This document shows, in pieces, positions 14,104-25,814 of a stretch of 64,000 nucleotides of DNA. Location of the stretch: NCBI GenBank assembly GCA_964016885.1, contig OZ024743.1:166346001-166410000 (forward strand). The letters are read 5' to 3'. Source of the DNA: Eledone cirrhosa (taxonomy: Eukaryota). Made by a program: the position numbers and the translations under genes. The notes below the pieces were generated by a model. That model did not search any database. It worked only from the letters and a program-made list of their open reading frames with translations, and was not told where the DNA came from. The first letter of the stretch is position 1, and each line of letters begins with the position of its first letter.

Positions 14104-14243
14104 CTAGAATACCTCCCGAAGGTTGCTGTTTTTGTCTCCAGAGTAACCAGGCTAAAGCATGTTTCTGATGAGGCATCAAGGTGACCTTCAGCCCTTCTGG
14201 GTCTTCTTCTTCTTCATCTTCCTTTGGACAAGTTTTCAGCTGC
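14104..14243 (-). CDS. TTF2: TTF2-like exon 6 (Q-motif to GGIL)
   Basis: [46 protein letters not shown]; acceptor ttgtcaag, donor gtaaga; joins the next exon to give GGILADDMGLGKT. Confidence 0.96.
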
Positions 14244-14446
14244 CTTGACAACAAAACAAACATGAACTTACATTAGGTTTCTTATATAGACATATGATGT
14301 ATGTGGATGATGACCATTGGGTGAAAAAATGTCAGGTGTTTCCAGTGGAAGAAAGCTGTAGTAGAGGTAGACTGGGGAAAATCTGGGCAGAAGTCATTAG
14401 AGCTGATCTCAAAACACTGAATTTCACAAAGAAGATGATTAAGGTA

Positions 14447-17400
14447 TATAACGTGGATTACGTGTCAATGGAGATATTAATAGAGTTATCGATTCAGAAG
14501 GCAATGAGGAAAATGACATAATCCATTATAACAAAAATTCCCTTTTATTTGTTGTACAAATATGGAATCGAAATAATAAGAGAAGGTTGAGCAAGTCTTC
14601 ACATCGTATTGGCTGCATATTCCAGTGGAGATGTGAAATAATGTGGCATATCAAATGTCGGACGTCTTGATGCTACCAGGTCGTTCAGTGAACTTTGTCT
14701 CTCTGCCTTGTCAACCAACTGTGTCTCTGGTCCAAATAGTCCAGCAACTTGTCTCAATCCACTGAGGGCCTTGATTGGCTCACACTTCAGCCAATTTACC
14801 TCTGTGCCACCATTCTTCCGCCAAAGAAAAATACATTTAATTCTGTTCACTACAGTACCCTCCGTTTAGATCGAAGATCGATATCAATACATGAGTAGTG
14901 CTAAATATGCAATATGTCTACATGACATCAAACAATAAATAATCATCGGGTACACCGAGAAAACACATACATGAATACAACCAAGAAAAATGAAACATAA
15001 CATAATTGAACAAGCAAAAGTAATTGTTTACATAAGAGTCAAAAGTTTGAACAATATCACAGTTCATATATAGATTGTTTTACTCAATCTCTGAGGCCAA
15101 TGTACTCTACGACCACTACGAGTCGTCGTAACACATGTGGGTGAAGGTAATGAAGGTGTGTGTGATATTGTGGGTGAGTATGCTTGTGAAGGTTCAACAT
15201 CAATGTATTGTATGTAGGGGGTGTATGGGGTTCAACTGGTGGAGCGTCTGTAAAGGCCTGTTTAATCCTATCTACAGAAACTGTTTCCTACCACAAATGT
15301 CTATGGTAAAAAGTTTGTCCGTTTTTGCCAGGACACGGTAGGGTCCTGTATAGGGTGGCACAAGTGGTCCTTTCACTGAGTCTTTATGTAGAAAAACGTG
15401 AGTCCAAGAAGTAATGTTTTTAGTAACCAAAGATTTAATCGTCTGTTGACGTGTTCCCATAGGCGGAAGATCATTGAAATATGATCGCAATCGGTTAATA
15501 TATAACGTAGGATCTTCCCGCGATGCGTCGACTGGGACTAACATCTGTCCCGGTAAGGATAAAGGTGTTCCGTACAGCAATTCCGCTGGGGAATATCCGA
15601 GATCCTCCCTGACCACTGCGCAACAGCCAAGAAGAACTATTGGTAGATATTCACTCCATCTTTGCTGGTCGGGATAAGCACGCAATGCTGCTTTTAATTG
15701 TTGATGAAAGTGTTCTATCATGCCATTTGACGCCAGGTGGTAACTAGTAATTCTAATACAATGTATCCCTAAGATTTTAGAAAGTTCATGGAAGAGATGT
15801 GATTCAAATTGTCCGCCATGGTCAGTGGTGATCGTGGAAGGGACACCGTATCGCGATATCCAGCCAGACATCAGAGCTCGTGCTACCGATTCTGCTGAAA
15901 TCTCTTTGAGAGGAATGGCTTCAGGCCAACGTGTAAAACAGTCGATACACGTAAGAAGGTATGTATATCCATGACTGACCGGCCAAGGTCCAACTAGGTC
16001 GATATGAATATGGTCAAAGCGGGCATCTGGAGCGTTGAATGTGCCCAGAGGTGCTTGAATGTGTTTGTGCACCTTAGACTTCTGGCAAGGTATGCAGGAA
16101 CGAGACCATGCAGTGATATCTCGTCTCATATTTGGCCAAAAGAATCTAGCCGTAATGAGTTTCACTGATGAATGGATTCCAGGGTGTGAGAGGTTGTGTA
16201 ACATGTCGAAAACTGTTCATCGATGAAGTTCCGGAACGAAGGGTTGAGGTGAATCAGTCGATATGTCACACAGGATGCTTGTGTCAGAATTGTGTACAGG
16301 TAATTGTTTGAATTTGCACGTCGCAATTTCGGTTGCAGATTAATCCAAATCGTCCAAAGCAGGCTGGTCAGCAGCGAGCAAACGTAGATCAATATCCGTT
16401 TTTGTCGATAGTGAGTTGATAGGTAAACGAGATAATGCATCTGCCGCTATATTCTGTGATCCGGGAATATGGCGTATATCACTAGTGAATTGTGATACAT
16501 AATCTAAATGTCGAGTTTCACGTGGCGAGTATCTTTCGGGTTTCGCTTTGAGAGCAAATGTCAAAGGACGATGGTCCGTGAAAATCGTAAACGGGCGTCC
16601 TTCCAACGAATGCTGGAAGTGTTTGATTGCCAAGTACATCGCTAACAGTTCTCTGTTAGCGATGTATCGGGTTTCAGCGGGTTTAAGCTGTTTTGAGAAA
16701 TATGCAAGTGGTTGCATCTTCTGGTTGTGGTACTGTTGCAAAACTGCACCTACTGCTGTGCCTGATGTATCAACGACCAGGGAAAACTGGGCATCAGGCA
16801 CAGGATGTGCAAGCAGGGTGACATCAGCTAATTCCTGTTTCACTCTGGAATAAGCTTCGAGTTGAGCAGGGTCTCAAGAAATGACTCATTCTTCTTTCTT
16901 CGGTTCCGCAACAGTTCAGAAAGAGGTGCTATGCGCTCAGGACATGGAATAAAACGACGGTAATAATTTAGCAGTCCCAAGAACTGACGTAATGATGTAG
17001 GAGGAGGTAATTCTTGAAGAGCTTTCACTTTATCTGGTGGAGGTGATATGCCTGTAGGACTAATGGTGTGTCCTAGAAAAACTAGCGAAGACGCACCAAA
17101 TATACACTTCGCGGGGGTTAATGCGAACTTGGTACTTCTTAAAACGTTGAAATAACAAACGAAGGTGTTTAACATGTTCCTCTGGAGATGTGCTAGCAAC
17201 GAGTACGTCGTCTATATAGCAGATTACAAAATCCAGGTCTTTGGTGATTTCGTCCATGAAGCGTTGAAAGGTACTAGCGGCGTTGCGTAGACCAAAGGGC
17301 ATCGTTAGGAACTCAAAAGCACCAAAGGGTGTAGTGATAGCAGTCTTCGGAATATCAGCTGGATTAAGTGGCATCTGATGATACGCTCTGACTAAATCCA

Positions 17401-19120
17401 GCTTTGAAAAAACTGTGCATCCATGTAAGGAAGAAGCAAAATCCTGAATGTGTGGGATCGGGTACTGTCATCACGTTTAATTGGCGAAAGTCCCCAGTCG
17501 GACGCCAATCGCCGGAACGCTTTGGAACCAAATGCAAAGGAGAGGCCCACGGACTGGAGGAAGGGCGTATGATCCCCAACTGCAGCATGTGGTTAAATTC
17601 AGCCTTCGCCGTTTTCAATTTCTTCGCAGGGAGGCAGTGAGAGCGTGAAAATACAGGAGCGCCAAGTTTCGAAATGTTTTGTGGAGTGAGTAGGCTTGCT
17701 TACCACAAAATTCAAATTTGTCAATTCCGGGAAGGAATTTAGAAGCGACTGGAAAGGGTCCTCGGAAGCGGCGATGAAGAGTACCGGGCTGATAGATGAG
17801 ACAGTAGATCTCAAACCCAGAACGGAGAGTTCCGTATTAGCATCCAACAACCGGCGTCTGTGCATATCCACTAAGAGGTTATAGTGGTGCAGGAAATCCG
17901 AGCCTAGAATAGGGTAAGGCAAATCAACGACTGTGAAAATCCATGTGAAGTCTCTTCGCAATTCCAGGTTCAAAGAACGAGAAATTTGACCATACATGGA
18001 GATAGGAGAATGATTTACGGCTTGCAGAGAAATGGATAAAACTGGCGATTTCTCTTTGAGAAGTTTTAGCGGCCATATGCTGGAAGCAGCGCCTGTATCC
18101 ACCAGACATCGAGCTTGGGAAAACGTGTCAGTTATGAAGAACGCACGATTATTTGGGAGTGTCAGAGGAGACTGTGCCGTGCTCAGGTCTCCTGAAATTC
18201 GTTTCCCTGGTTGGAAAAGGAACAGGGCTGTCTACAACAGCGTGCCGCCGCACCAAAACGGCTGTGATAGTATCTCAGTCCTGGTTTATTGTGCGGTGGT
18301 GATGTGGCAAGGGCAAACGGCTCTGGAAGCGACGTCTGGGCGATTGAGCCCTGGAGAAACTTGTGCTATGGCTTGAAGAATTGCCGTAGACGTGCGCGAC
18401 TGATTGGTGTGAATGGCAGCTGCTGGAGAGAACGATGAAACATTATTTTGTCCGCCGAAGACGCCAGTTGCTCGACTGAGCTAGTCTCCATCATAGGCGC
18501 CAATATCGCCTGGACATTGGGCGGCAGCCTCGAAAAGAAAAGCCGTCTCAGGAGGGCGCTGTCAGCTGGAGCGTCCTCCGCCAGTTCTTTCATTCGACGC
18601 AGGAACTGGCTCGGCGTCCGATCACCCAAATGCTCGTCATTTACTAGGGTTTGAAATCTCTTCTCTGCGGACAACGTGGTATGCCACAGAACCTCACGCT
18701 TAACGCTCTCATAGGTGGCTCTATAATGTGTCGCTGGAGATATTAATATAGTTATCGATTCAGAAGGCAATGACGAAAATGACATAATCCATTATAACAA
18801 AAATTCCCTTTTATTTGTTGTACAAATATGGAATCGAAATAACAAGAGAAGGTTGAGCAAGTCTTCACATCGTATTGGCTGCATATTCCTGTGGAGATGT
18901 GAAAGAATGTGGCATATCAAATGTCGGACGTCTTGATGCTACCAGGTCGTTCAGTGAACTTTGTCTCTCTGCCCTGTCAGCCAACTGTGTCTCTGGTCCA
19001 AGTAGTCCAGCAACTTGTCTCGATCCGCTGAGGGTCCTGATTGGCTCACACTTCAGCCAATTCACCTCTGTGACACCATTCTTCCGCCAAGGGAAAATAC
19101 ATTTAATTCTGTTCACTACA
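14447..19120 (-). mobile_element. Ty3/Gypsy LTR retrotransposon, decayed, both LTRs present
   Basis: LTRs at 18722-19120 and 14447-14854, both starting TGTAGTGAAC on the minus strand; PPT-like CGGAGGGTAC; TSD GGTA/GGCA. Gypsy domain order: gag (LGDRTPSQFLRRM), protease (DTGA), RT (CYIDD), RNase H (RELLA..TDH..NIAADALSR), integrase ([22 protein letters not shown]); many frameshifts. Confidence 0.96.
15272..16204 (-). pseudogene. Gypsy integrase ORF (310 aa)
   Basis: HHCC zinc motif, DDE core ([21 protein letters not shown]) and GPY/F motif. Confidence 0.92.
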
Positions 19121-19216
19121 GGCACGCAGCAAATGGAGTTAGGTTGTTAGGGAAAAGACCAGTCCAACACATAGGAACATAAGTATGTGCAACATGCACA
19201 AAAGTGTGTGTGTGTG

Positions 19217-19560
19217 AAGCCATGTGGCTTAGTGGTAGGGGTGTTCCACTCATGATCGTAAGGTTGTGAGTTTGATTTATGGCAGCATGTTCTGTCCTTG
19301 AGTAAGATACTTTATTCCATGTTGCTCCAGTCATTTCAGCTGAAAAAGAATGAGTTTTACCTGTAATTCAAAGAGCCACACGCAACAGTACACACTGTGT
19401 CAAGTAGAATCTTCCTGAGAACTAGATTAAGTGTGCATATGTCTGTGGAATCCTCAGTCATTTGCACATTAATGTCACAAGCAGGCTGTTTAGTTGGTCA
19501 AACACCTGAAACTGTCATCGTTGGAACCAGTGGAGGTCCAACAACAAGTGTGTATGTACA
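19217..19560 (+). mobile_element. CORE-type tRNA SINE
   Basis: A-box TGGCTTAGTGG followed by tgtccttgagtaagatactttatt CORE-like body. Confidence 0.7.
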
Positions 19561-19590
19561 TATGTTTGACAGACAACAATAAAAAGCATT

Positions 19591-19820
19591 TTAATCCTTT
19601 AGCATTTACACTATTCTATGTTTACTATTGTATATTCAAGGTAAAGGCTTTATCTTACATAATTATCTCACATAATCTCGAGTCAACGAAATTTTGATAA
19701 TGTTATAGTTTATTTCAAGAACGATATCTTAACGTCGGTGTGAGCTGCTGGTTACAGTCGGTTTCAAAAAGGGAAAAGAATTCTGGCTGGATACAGCTGG
19801 TTTAAATGCTAAAGGGTTAA
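19591..19820. mobile_element. piggyBac-type MITE
   Basis: TTAA-TCCTTTAGCATTTA ... TAAATGCTAAAGGG-TTAA terminal inverted repeats with TTAA TSD. Confidence 0.88.
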
Positions 19821-19919
19821 AGCCATTTTACTTGCTAAAGCAGGAATTAACCTTGTGGACCCCATTTTGCCCTATCATCTACATCCCTGCACACCAATTC
19901 CTTGGCTTACATTTTCTCT

Positions 19920-20110
19920 GTGTATATCCAGTTATGCCATGTATATCTAATTGTTGCCATAAATACCCAGTTGTTGCTAGGTATACCCAGTTGTTGCTCG
20001 GTATACCCAGTTGCTGCTATGTGTATCCAGTTGTAGCCATGTATACCAAGTTGTTTCCATGTGTACCACATTTTTGCCATGTTATCAACTTTAAAATAGT
20101 ATTTGCCATG
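19920..20110. repeat. Degenerate ~21-bp tandem repeat
   Basis: gtatacccagttgttgccat-like units. Confidence 0.75.
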
Positions 20111-20131
20111 TTATCAATTTTAAAATAGTAT

Positions 20132-20457
20132 GGAGGCACATGGCTTAGTGGTTAGAGCATTGGCCTTGCAACCAATTCTCAGACCGGGTGATGTGTTGTT
20201 TCCTTGAGCAAGACACTTTATTTCACATTGCCCCAGTTTACTCAGCTGTAGAAATGAGATGATAGGGACTGGAGTCCCTATCATTCCACTGCAAAGTGGT
20301 CGTGGAGGTGCCACGGCAAAAAAGCACCCAGCACTCACTGTAAATGAGGTTGGTGTTAGGAAGGGCATCCAGCTGCAGAAATCAAGCCAGAATCAGTTCC
20401 CGTCCCACCCTTGCAAGCAGGGAAAAGTGGACGTAAAATGATGATGATGATGATGAT
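20132..20457 (+). mobile_element. tRNA/CORE SINE with RTE-derived body and 3' tail
   Basis: A-box TGGCTTAGTGG, CORE-like segment, the GTTAGGAAGGGCATCCAGC module, and a 3' end nearly identical to that of the LINE at 35714-35779, ending in (ATG)n. Confidence 0.9.
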
Positions 20458-20597
20458 GTATGCTGTACCTCTGCATGTTGTAGGGCATTTGGACATTAAA
20501 CATTGTCCCCCCCTCCCCAAAGACCTTAAGATAACAATGTATGTACAATAAGTCTAACATAACACTAAGAGACTAAGCTGCTAAGGTAAAAGCTTAC

Positions 20598-20700
20598 CCA
20601 TGCAAAGAAGCAGTAATTTCTTCCATTGCTTTCTTCACATTTTCAAGACGCTTGACAGTCATACGACCTCCATACAGCTGTGCATATTGGCCAAAGGGAT
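20598..20700 (-). CDS. TTF2: TTF2-like exon 5
   Basis: PFGQYAQLYGGRMTVKRLENVKKAMEEITASLH(G); acceptor tcttttcag, donor gtaagc; phase 1 to 2 splices into LHGQLKTCP. Confidence 0.9.
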
Positions 20701-21009
20701 CTGAAAAGACAGGAATATAATGATATTTATCTGGTTACTGATTGAAATAGAGCGGGCATTGAAGTGTTGAAAGCAGTCAAATGCCGAACTACTGTCATCC
20801 TCATCATTTTATGTCCGTTTTCCATGCTGGCATGAAAATATGTTCTTTTTTGGCATGGATTCTATGGCTGGATGCCTTTCCTATTACTGATCACAGTGTA
20901 TTAGGTGCATTTTATCATGGCATCAACATTGCCACTTTACCGAGAATACTGGGTGTATATTATCATGGTAAGCAACACTACCACTTTACAGAGTGTACTA
21001 TATTTTATC

Positions 21010-21895
21010 ATGACAAGGTGGTGGAACAGTGTTGTAGATATGACCACAAAAGCTAAGTGACAGGCTTGGTAATCTGGAAGGCAGAAAGAAACAGGGAGTA
21101 ATCCTAAGTATCGAGAAGAGAAGCTAGACATTAAGTTTACTTAGCATGAGGGAAATCAGAAAGTAGATGGTGTGCTCATGTTCTGTGGCATGAAGGTCAG
21201 AAGCATGAGGTGTTCCGGATTGCAAGGCAGTATACCAGAAAGATCTGAGACATTGTTGAGAAGTGTTGATGGAATGGCAGCAGCACACTTACTCTTCCTG
21301 ACACTGAAAAGGAAGCAGCATGGAAGTGCTATTATGAAAGGCTGCTGAATAAGGAAAATGTGTGGGAGGGTAAGGGCCTACCCTAAATAGACTCAACTGA
21401 AGGAATAACCATCAAAGTTGATAGCAAGGTTATAGATAAAGCTTCTTCATCTTCACCCACTTATTCCTGAGAGGGTCATGCGAGCAGAGTCCTCAAACAC
21501 TCCTTCCAGCGAGTCCTATCAGCAGCAACCATTTCCAACTGATCTGGCTGGATCCCCAAATGAGATCAGCCAAATCCATGGATGTTATCCAACCATCTTG
21601 CTCAGGATCAACTCCTGGATCTCTTGCTGGTTGGTTTTGCCCATAAAATCTGTCAGCGATTCTTTCCTGAGATGTTCTAACCATATGCCTATAGTATTAG
21701 AGCTGTGATCTCTCTATTCAGAGCAGTAGCAACTCTACCTGGAGTGACTCACTGATCTCCAAGCTACGTTGTAGATAAAGCAATTAAAAAAATGAAGGTA
21801 GACAAGGCAATTGGCTTATCAGGAACAGTTGATGAGATTATTAAACTATGATAGTCACTAATCAAGTAGTTCAGGAAAGTGTCATACCCAATTCC
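21010..21895 (+). mobile_element. Decayed RTE fragment with a nested second LINE 3' end at 21443-21771 (minus)
   Basis: WWN..., AWKCYYERLLNKEN remnants. The nested piece is flanked by a TAGATAAAGC direct repeat and ends ...GACCCTCTCAGGAATAAGTGGGTGAAGATGAAGAAG, resembling Expander/Rex3-type RTE tails. Confidence 0.7.
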
Positions 21896-22440
21896 AAGAT
21901 CTGAAAAATGTCAGACACCACCCTTCAATAAAAAAAAAAAAAAAAAAAAAAAATTGCCTGATGTGAAACTGAAGTTAACACTTCCATGACTTGTTTCTAA
22001 TGAAATACACACTATTTTAATTGATTAATAAAGATTGAGGGATTTACTAAAATTATTATTATTTCATTACTAAGATAACTCAACATATGGTTCTTATATA
22101 AAATTATGTTAAAAGATTTGAATCTAAACAAGAACACTTTAAAATTGATGGTTTTGTTTCATCGAACCAGAGCCAGGTTTGGCAGGATTGGTATTAAAAG
22201 GGTTAATATTTAAAGCTGTTGTCAGAGACACAACGCAGTACTAATATTATGATATATTACACCAAGTGTTGGTCACCAACACAATACGTTACTGATAATA
22301 TGATATACTACACCACCAAACAAGTTGGCTGTCTGGTAACATAATCAAATCAATCACCCAGCTTCTTATAAAAATACAAAACAAAAATGAAATGAAAGAG
22401 AAGAATTTTTGTAAGATGGAGTGGCAAATCATGAACTTAC

Positions 22441-22569
22441 TTGAAGAACTTGCTCCAAGAAATTCTTTAGGTAGACAAAAAGCCTCAGTTAGCTTGGTTT
22501 CTCTCTTATTTTCAGAGTTGTGAGGTTTATGAATTTGGGTGGAACCAGATTTATTAGCAATTCCCCACT
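22441..22569 (-). CDS. TTF2: TTF2-like exon 4 (low-conservation linker)
   Basis: Acceptor cttctgttgcag, donor gtaagt; 129 nt, open, phase 1 to 1, exactly bridging exons 3 and 5: WGIANKSGSTQIHKPHNSENKRETKLTEAFCLPKEFLGASSS. Confidence 0.72.
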
Positions 22570-22601
22570 CTGCAACAGAAGTCGATGAAGGTTTATGAGA
22601 A

Positions 22602-24724
22602 TATAACAGAACACTGGATTGTATGAATATAACAAGACACTAGGTTGTGTGTATAAAGTTTAATTAACAAGTTGAAGTTATGTAGTATAGAATTGTTGAC
22701 ATGTCAAGAGTAGATGAAAGAATGAAGTAAAGTTATTTGTTACCGTTTTGAAGTGAGCTCACAAGAGACCATGTTAGGGTTCCCAGGCGAACACGCCTGG
22801 CCGAAGACGCCTGGCCGGAGGGCCAGGCAGGTAGAAGAGAGTGAGATCGCCCTGAGCTATCCCTTTTATAGGGTCCCAGAACGGAAGTGACAAAAAGGGT
22901 TCTGCCACCCCAACGGGAAGTAACTCCAGCTACTTCCTGTCTAGAGAGCGGTGATGTGATTGTCATAACAAGGGAGGCAACTCTTGCTACATTACCCCCC
23001 GCCAGATTTTTAAAATATAAAAATTGATTGAATCATGTATGGAGTAAGATGGCGAGCATGTAAGTCCAGGCATGAAAATTATGAAAAAATGTTTGCAATA
23101 AAAGGAAAACAGCAAAATATATGCATGCAAAAATCAATGATAGATATCAAGGTAGCCAACCGCCCTTGGCCAGAGAACGACTGGACATCTATCTATCCAT
23201 CACCCAAAGATACAATGTAATCAAACTAAAAGAAGAGGTTAAAGTTCAAATGTTCAAAATACAGTTCACCGGTGTGCAATCACATGACAGCAGGAAAGAA
23301 AGTGTGTCCTCCAGAGAATGTATGCAGGTGGTCTCTAGACTGTGGTACGTGAAATTCAGTGGGATTTTCTCACAGGAAGAGTGTTGCAAAAATAAATTCT
23401 CTGGCTTGTTCTGCTGGTTTTGGTTGTTGATGAAGCTGTGTTGTTGTTGTTGTCTCGCGGAGTGAGCGTATTCGATGTTGTTTAAATTCACAGTAAAAAG
23501 TTTCCCAGAAAAAAAATGAGTTGTGCAAAGTGCTAGAAATAACAGCCAAAGTTGATGGTCATTGTTGAGAATGCGTTGACCTAGAAGTGTCAAGAGGCCA
23601 GCGACCAAAGAAATAAGCATTCTGAATAAATGCGCAGTTTTCAACAGCAAATTTACGAGGTAAATTTTTAAACCGGCAAATAGGAGAATATAGCTTACGG
23701 CTGGAGAATCCTTGGCAAGAAACAATATCTATGGCGTGCGTTATCTCAGTGAGTCGAGATGTGTGCTCCCCACACGTGCCGAAACAAGGTTAAAGTCAAG
23801 TTGAGAAAAAAATATTTCTATTGCGCGAGAAAATGGTGCGAAAATGTTAGTGCAACAGGTCGTTGGCAGCCATTTTGAAAAATTTGTGTGTGAACGTGAT
23901 AATATGATGAAAAAGAAAGAAAGGCTTCACTTGGTATAACAAATATGGCGAGTTCAATTTTTTGTGAACGATGAAAAAAAACTTGGTGGAAAGAATAAGC
24001 AATAGTTGAGATTCAGCAAAACTAAATGCTCATGTTGAAATGTGTAAAAAAAATAATCAAATTTCTTTCTTTTTTTTTTTAAAGTGTTCGTTGTAAGAAG
24101 AAACGAAAAACATATATATACATCCAGTGAAATGCGACACTTAGTTGATGTATGACACGTGCGTGAGAGAAAAAGAGTCTGTCTGAACGAGAATTTCACA
24201 TGTGCGTGTGTTCGTTTCTGTGTCTGCGTATTTTTCCTAGCTTGTTAATAAAGTTTGCTGCGTATTCGAAATGTTGGTCGACGCATTCCAACGAAAATGG
24301 GGTACTGCTAATTAATTTTCTTTTTTCCATACTCACACAACACCAGATTCTGTTATTTTTATTTTTTTTTCAGGGTCACCACTTATAACAAAATACTGGT
24401 TGTATGAATACAACAAGACACTAGGTTGTGTGTATAAAGTTTAATTAACAACAAGAGTAGATGAAAGAATGAAGTAAAGTTATTTGTTACTGTTTTGAAG
24501 TGAGCTCGTAAGAGACCATGTTAGGGTTGCCAGGCGAACGCGCCTGGCCGAAGGGCCAGGCAGATAGAAGAGAGTGAGATTGCTCTGAGCTATTCCTTTT
24601 ATAGGGTCCCAGAATGGAAGTGACAAAAAGGGTTCTGCCACCCCAACGGGAAGTAACTCCAGCTACTTCCTGTCTAGAGAGCGGTGATGTGATTGTCATA
24701 ACAAGGGAGGTAACTCTTGCTACA
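22602..24724 (-). mobile_element. Non-autonomous LTR retroelement (2.1 kb)
   Basis: LTRs at 24384-24724 and 22602-22991; PBS TGGTGACCC 2 nt after the 5' LTR (tRNA-Trp-like); PPT GGCGGGGGGTAA; perfect AGAA TSD; no gag/pol motifs recognised. Confidence 0.92.
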
Positions 24725-25299
24725 AGAACATTGATTAATAACACATACGAAATAGCCAAGTTGAGTTAAAAAAATAGAAATGTACATAAAGTAGAAACAG
24801 ATTCATTTCTTCTTTTTCATAATATAATCCAACATTCATTAATAAGGACACAACAAAGGAGCCTCAACATGGTGCCCCAACCTGCTAAAAATAACAGACA
24901 GATCACTCTAAAACAAAGTCACATTCATCTAAAACGAGGAAGGACACATATAAAATGTCAGACATGATAGTCATGACTGCAGCGCTACTGATCATAAGTT
25001 CGTTCAAGCAAGGTTGACTTAGGGCTAAACAAGTGGTGTTATTGCCACCACACACTTGGGACTAAACAACACTGGTTTTACTGCCACCACACAGAGTTAC
25101 ATAATACCACATCACCACTGCATTAGGTAAAGCTGGAGTCACACAACACCACTTGGCCACTACACTAGCAAGAACTGGAGTTACACAACACTATTTTTAC
25201 AACATCTGACCACCACTCAAAACTGTTGGAGAAAAATTGTGTTGAGTCCATGCTAGTATTTGTTGGATGGGTCTTGTCCAACACAGTATCTCTCTACTC

Positions 25300-25520
25300 A
25301 TTGTGTTCCTTGTCAGCTCCTCTGTGACGCACAGCATTTTTAGATCAGCTCTTACCACCACTGCCCTTGTTTTCTTCAGTCTTCCTCTACTACAGTTTCC
25401 TTTTACTGGGAACTCCTAGCACTGCACCCATAAATCATCATCCATATGAATCACTTGTTCATACCAGTGCAGTCTTCCCTCTTGCACACTACATATGATT
25501 CCTCTTTTACCTAGTTTTTC
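25300..25520 (-). mobile_element. RTE 3' fragment
   Basis: RGIICSVQEGRLHWYEQVIHMDDD matches the RTE C-terminal motif. Confidence 0.7.
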
Positions 25521-25814
25521 TTCATTTGGTTTGTGGTTTGTGCACATTAACATTATACATCCAATACTATTAATAAAATACATACCTGATTTAATAGCTG
25601 TCTTGTGTACTGTCTGACCTCCTGGTTTCTCTGGTGGATGAACCATAACAATTTGAGGTTCATTACAGTCTAAAAGTAATAAGCAAATAAATAAAATATA
25701 CATACACATATATATATATTTGTTCCAGTATATATATTTCCTTGTTCCTTGCCTGCAAGAAAAGTGGAACATTCATGATGATGATGATGATGATGATGAT
25801 ATAAATTTTAAAAA

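Noticed and set aside
14599-14850. 83-aa and 86-aa near-identical ORFs (also 18865-19125); likewise 22733-22966 and 24487-24759
   Set aside because: They repeat only because they lie within LTR pairs; no evidence of coding function.
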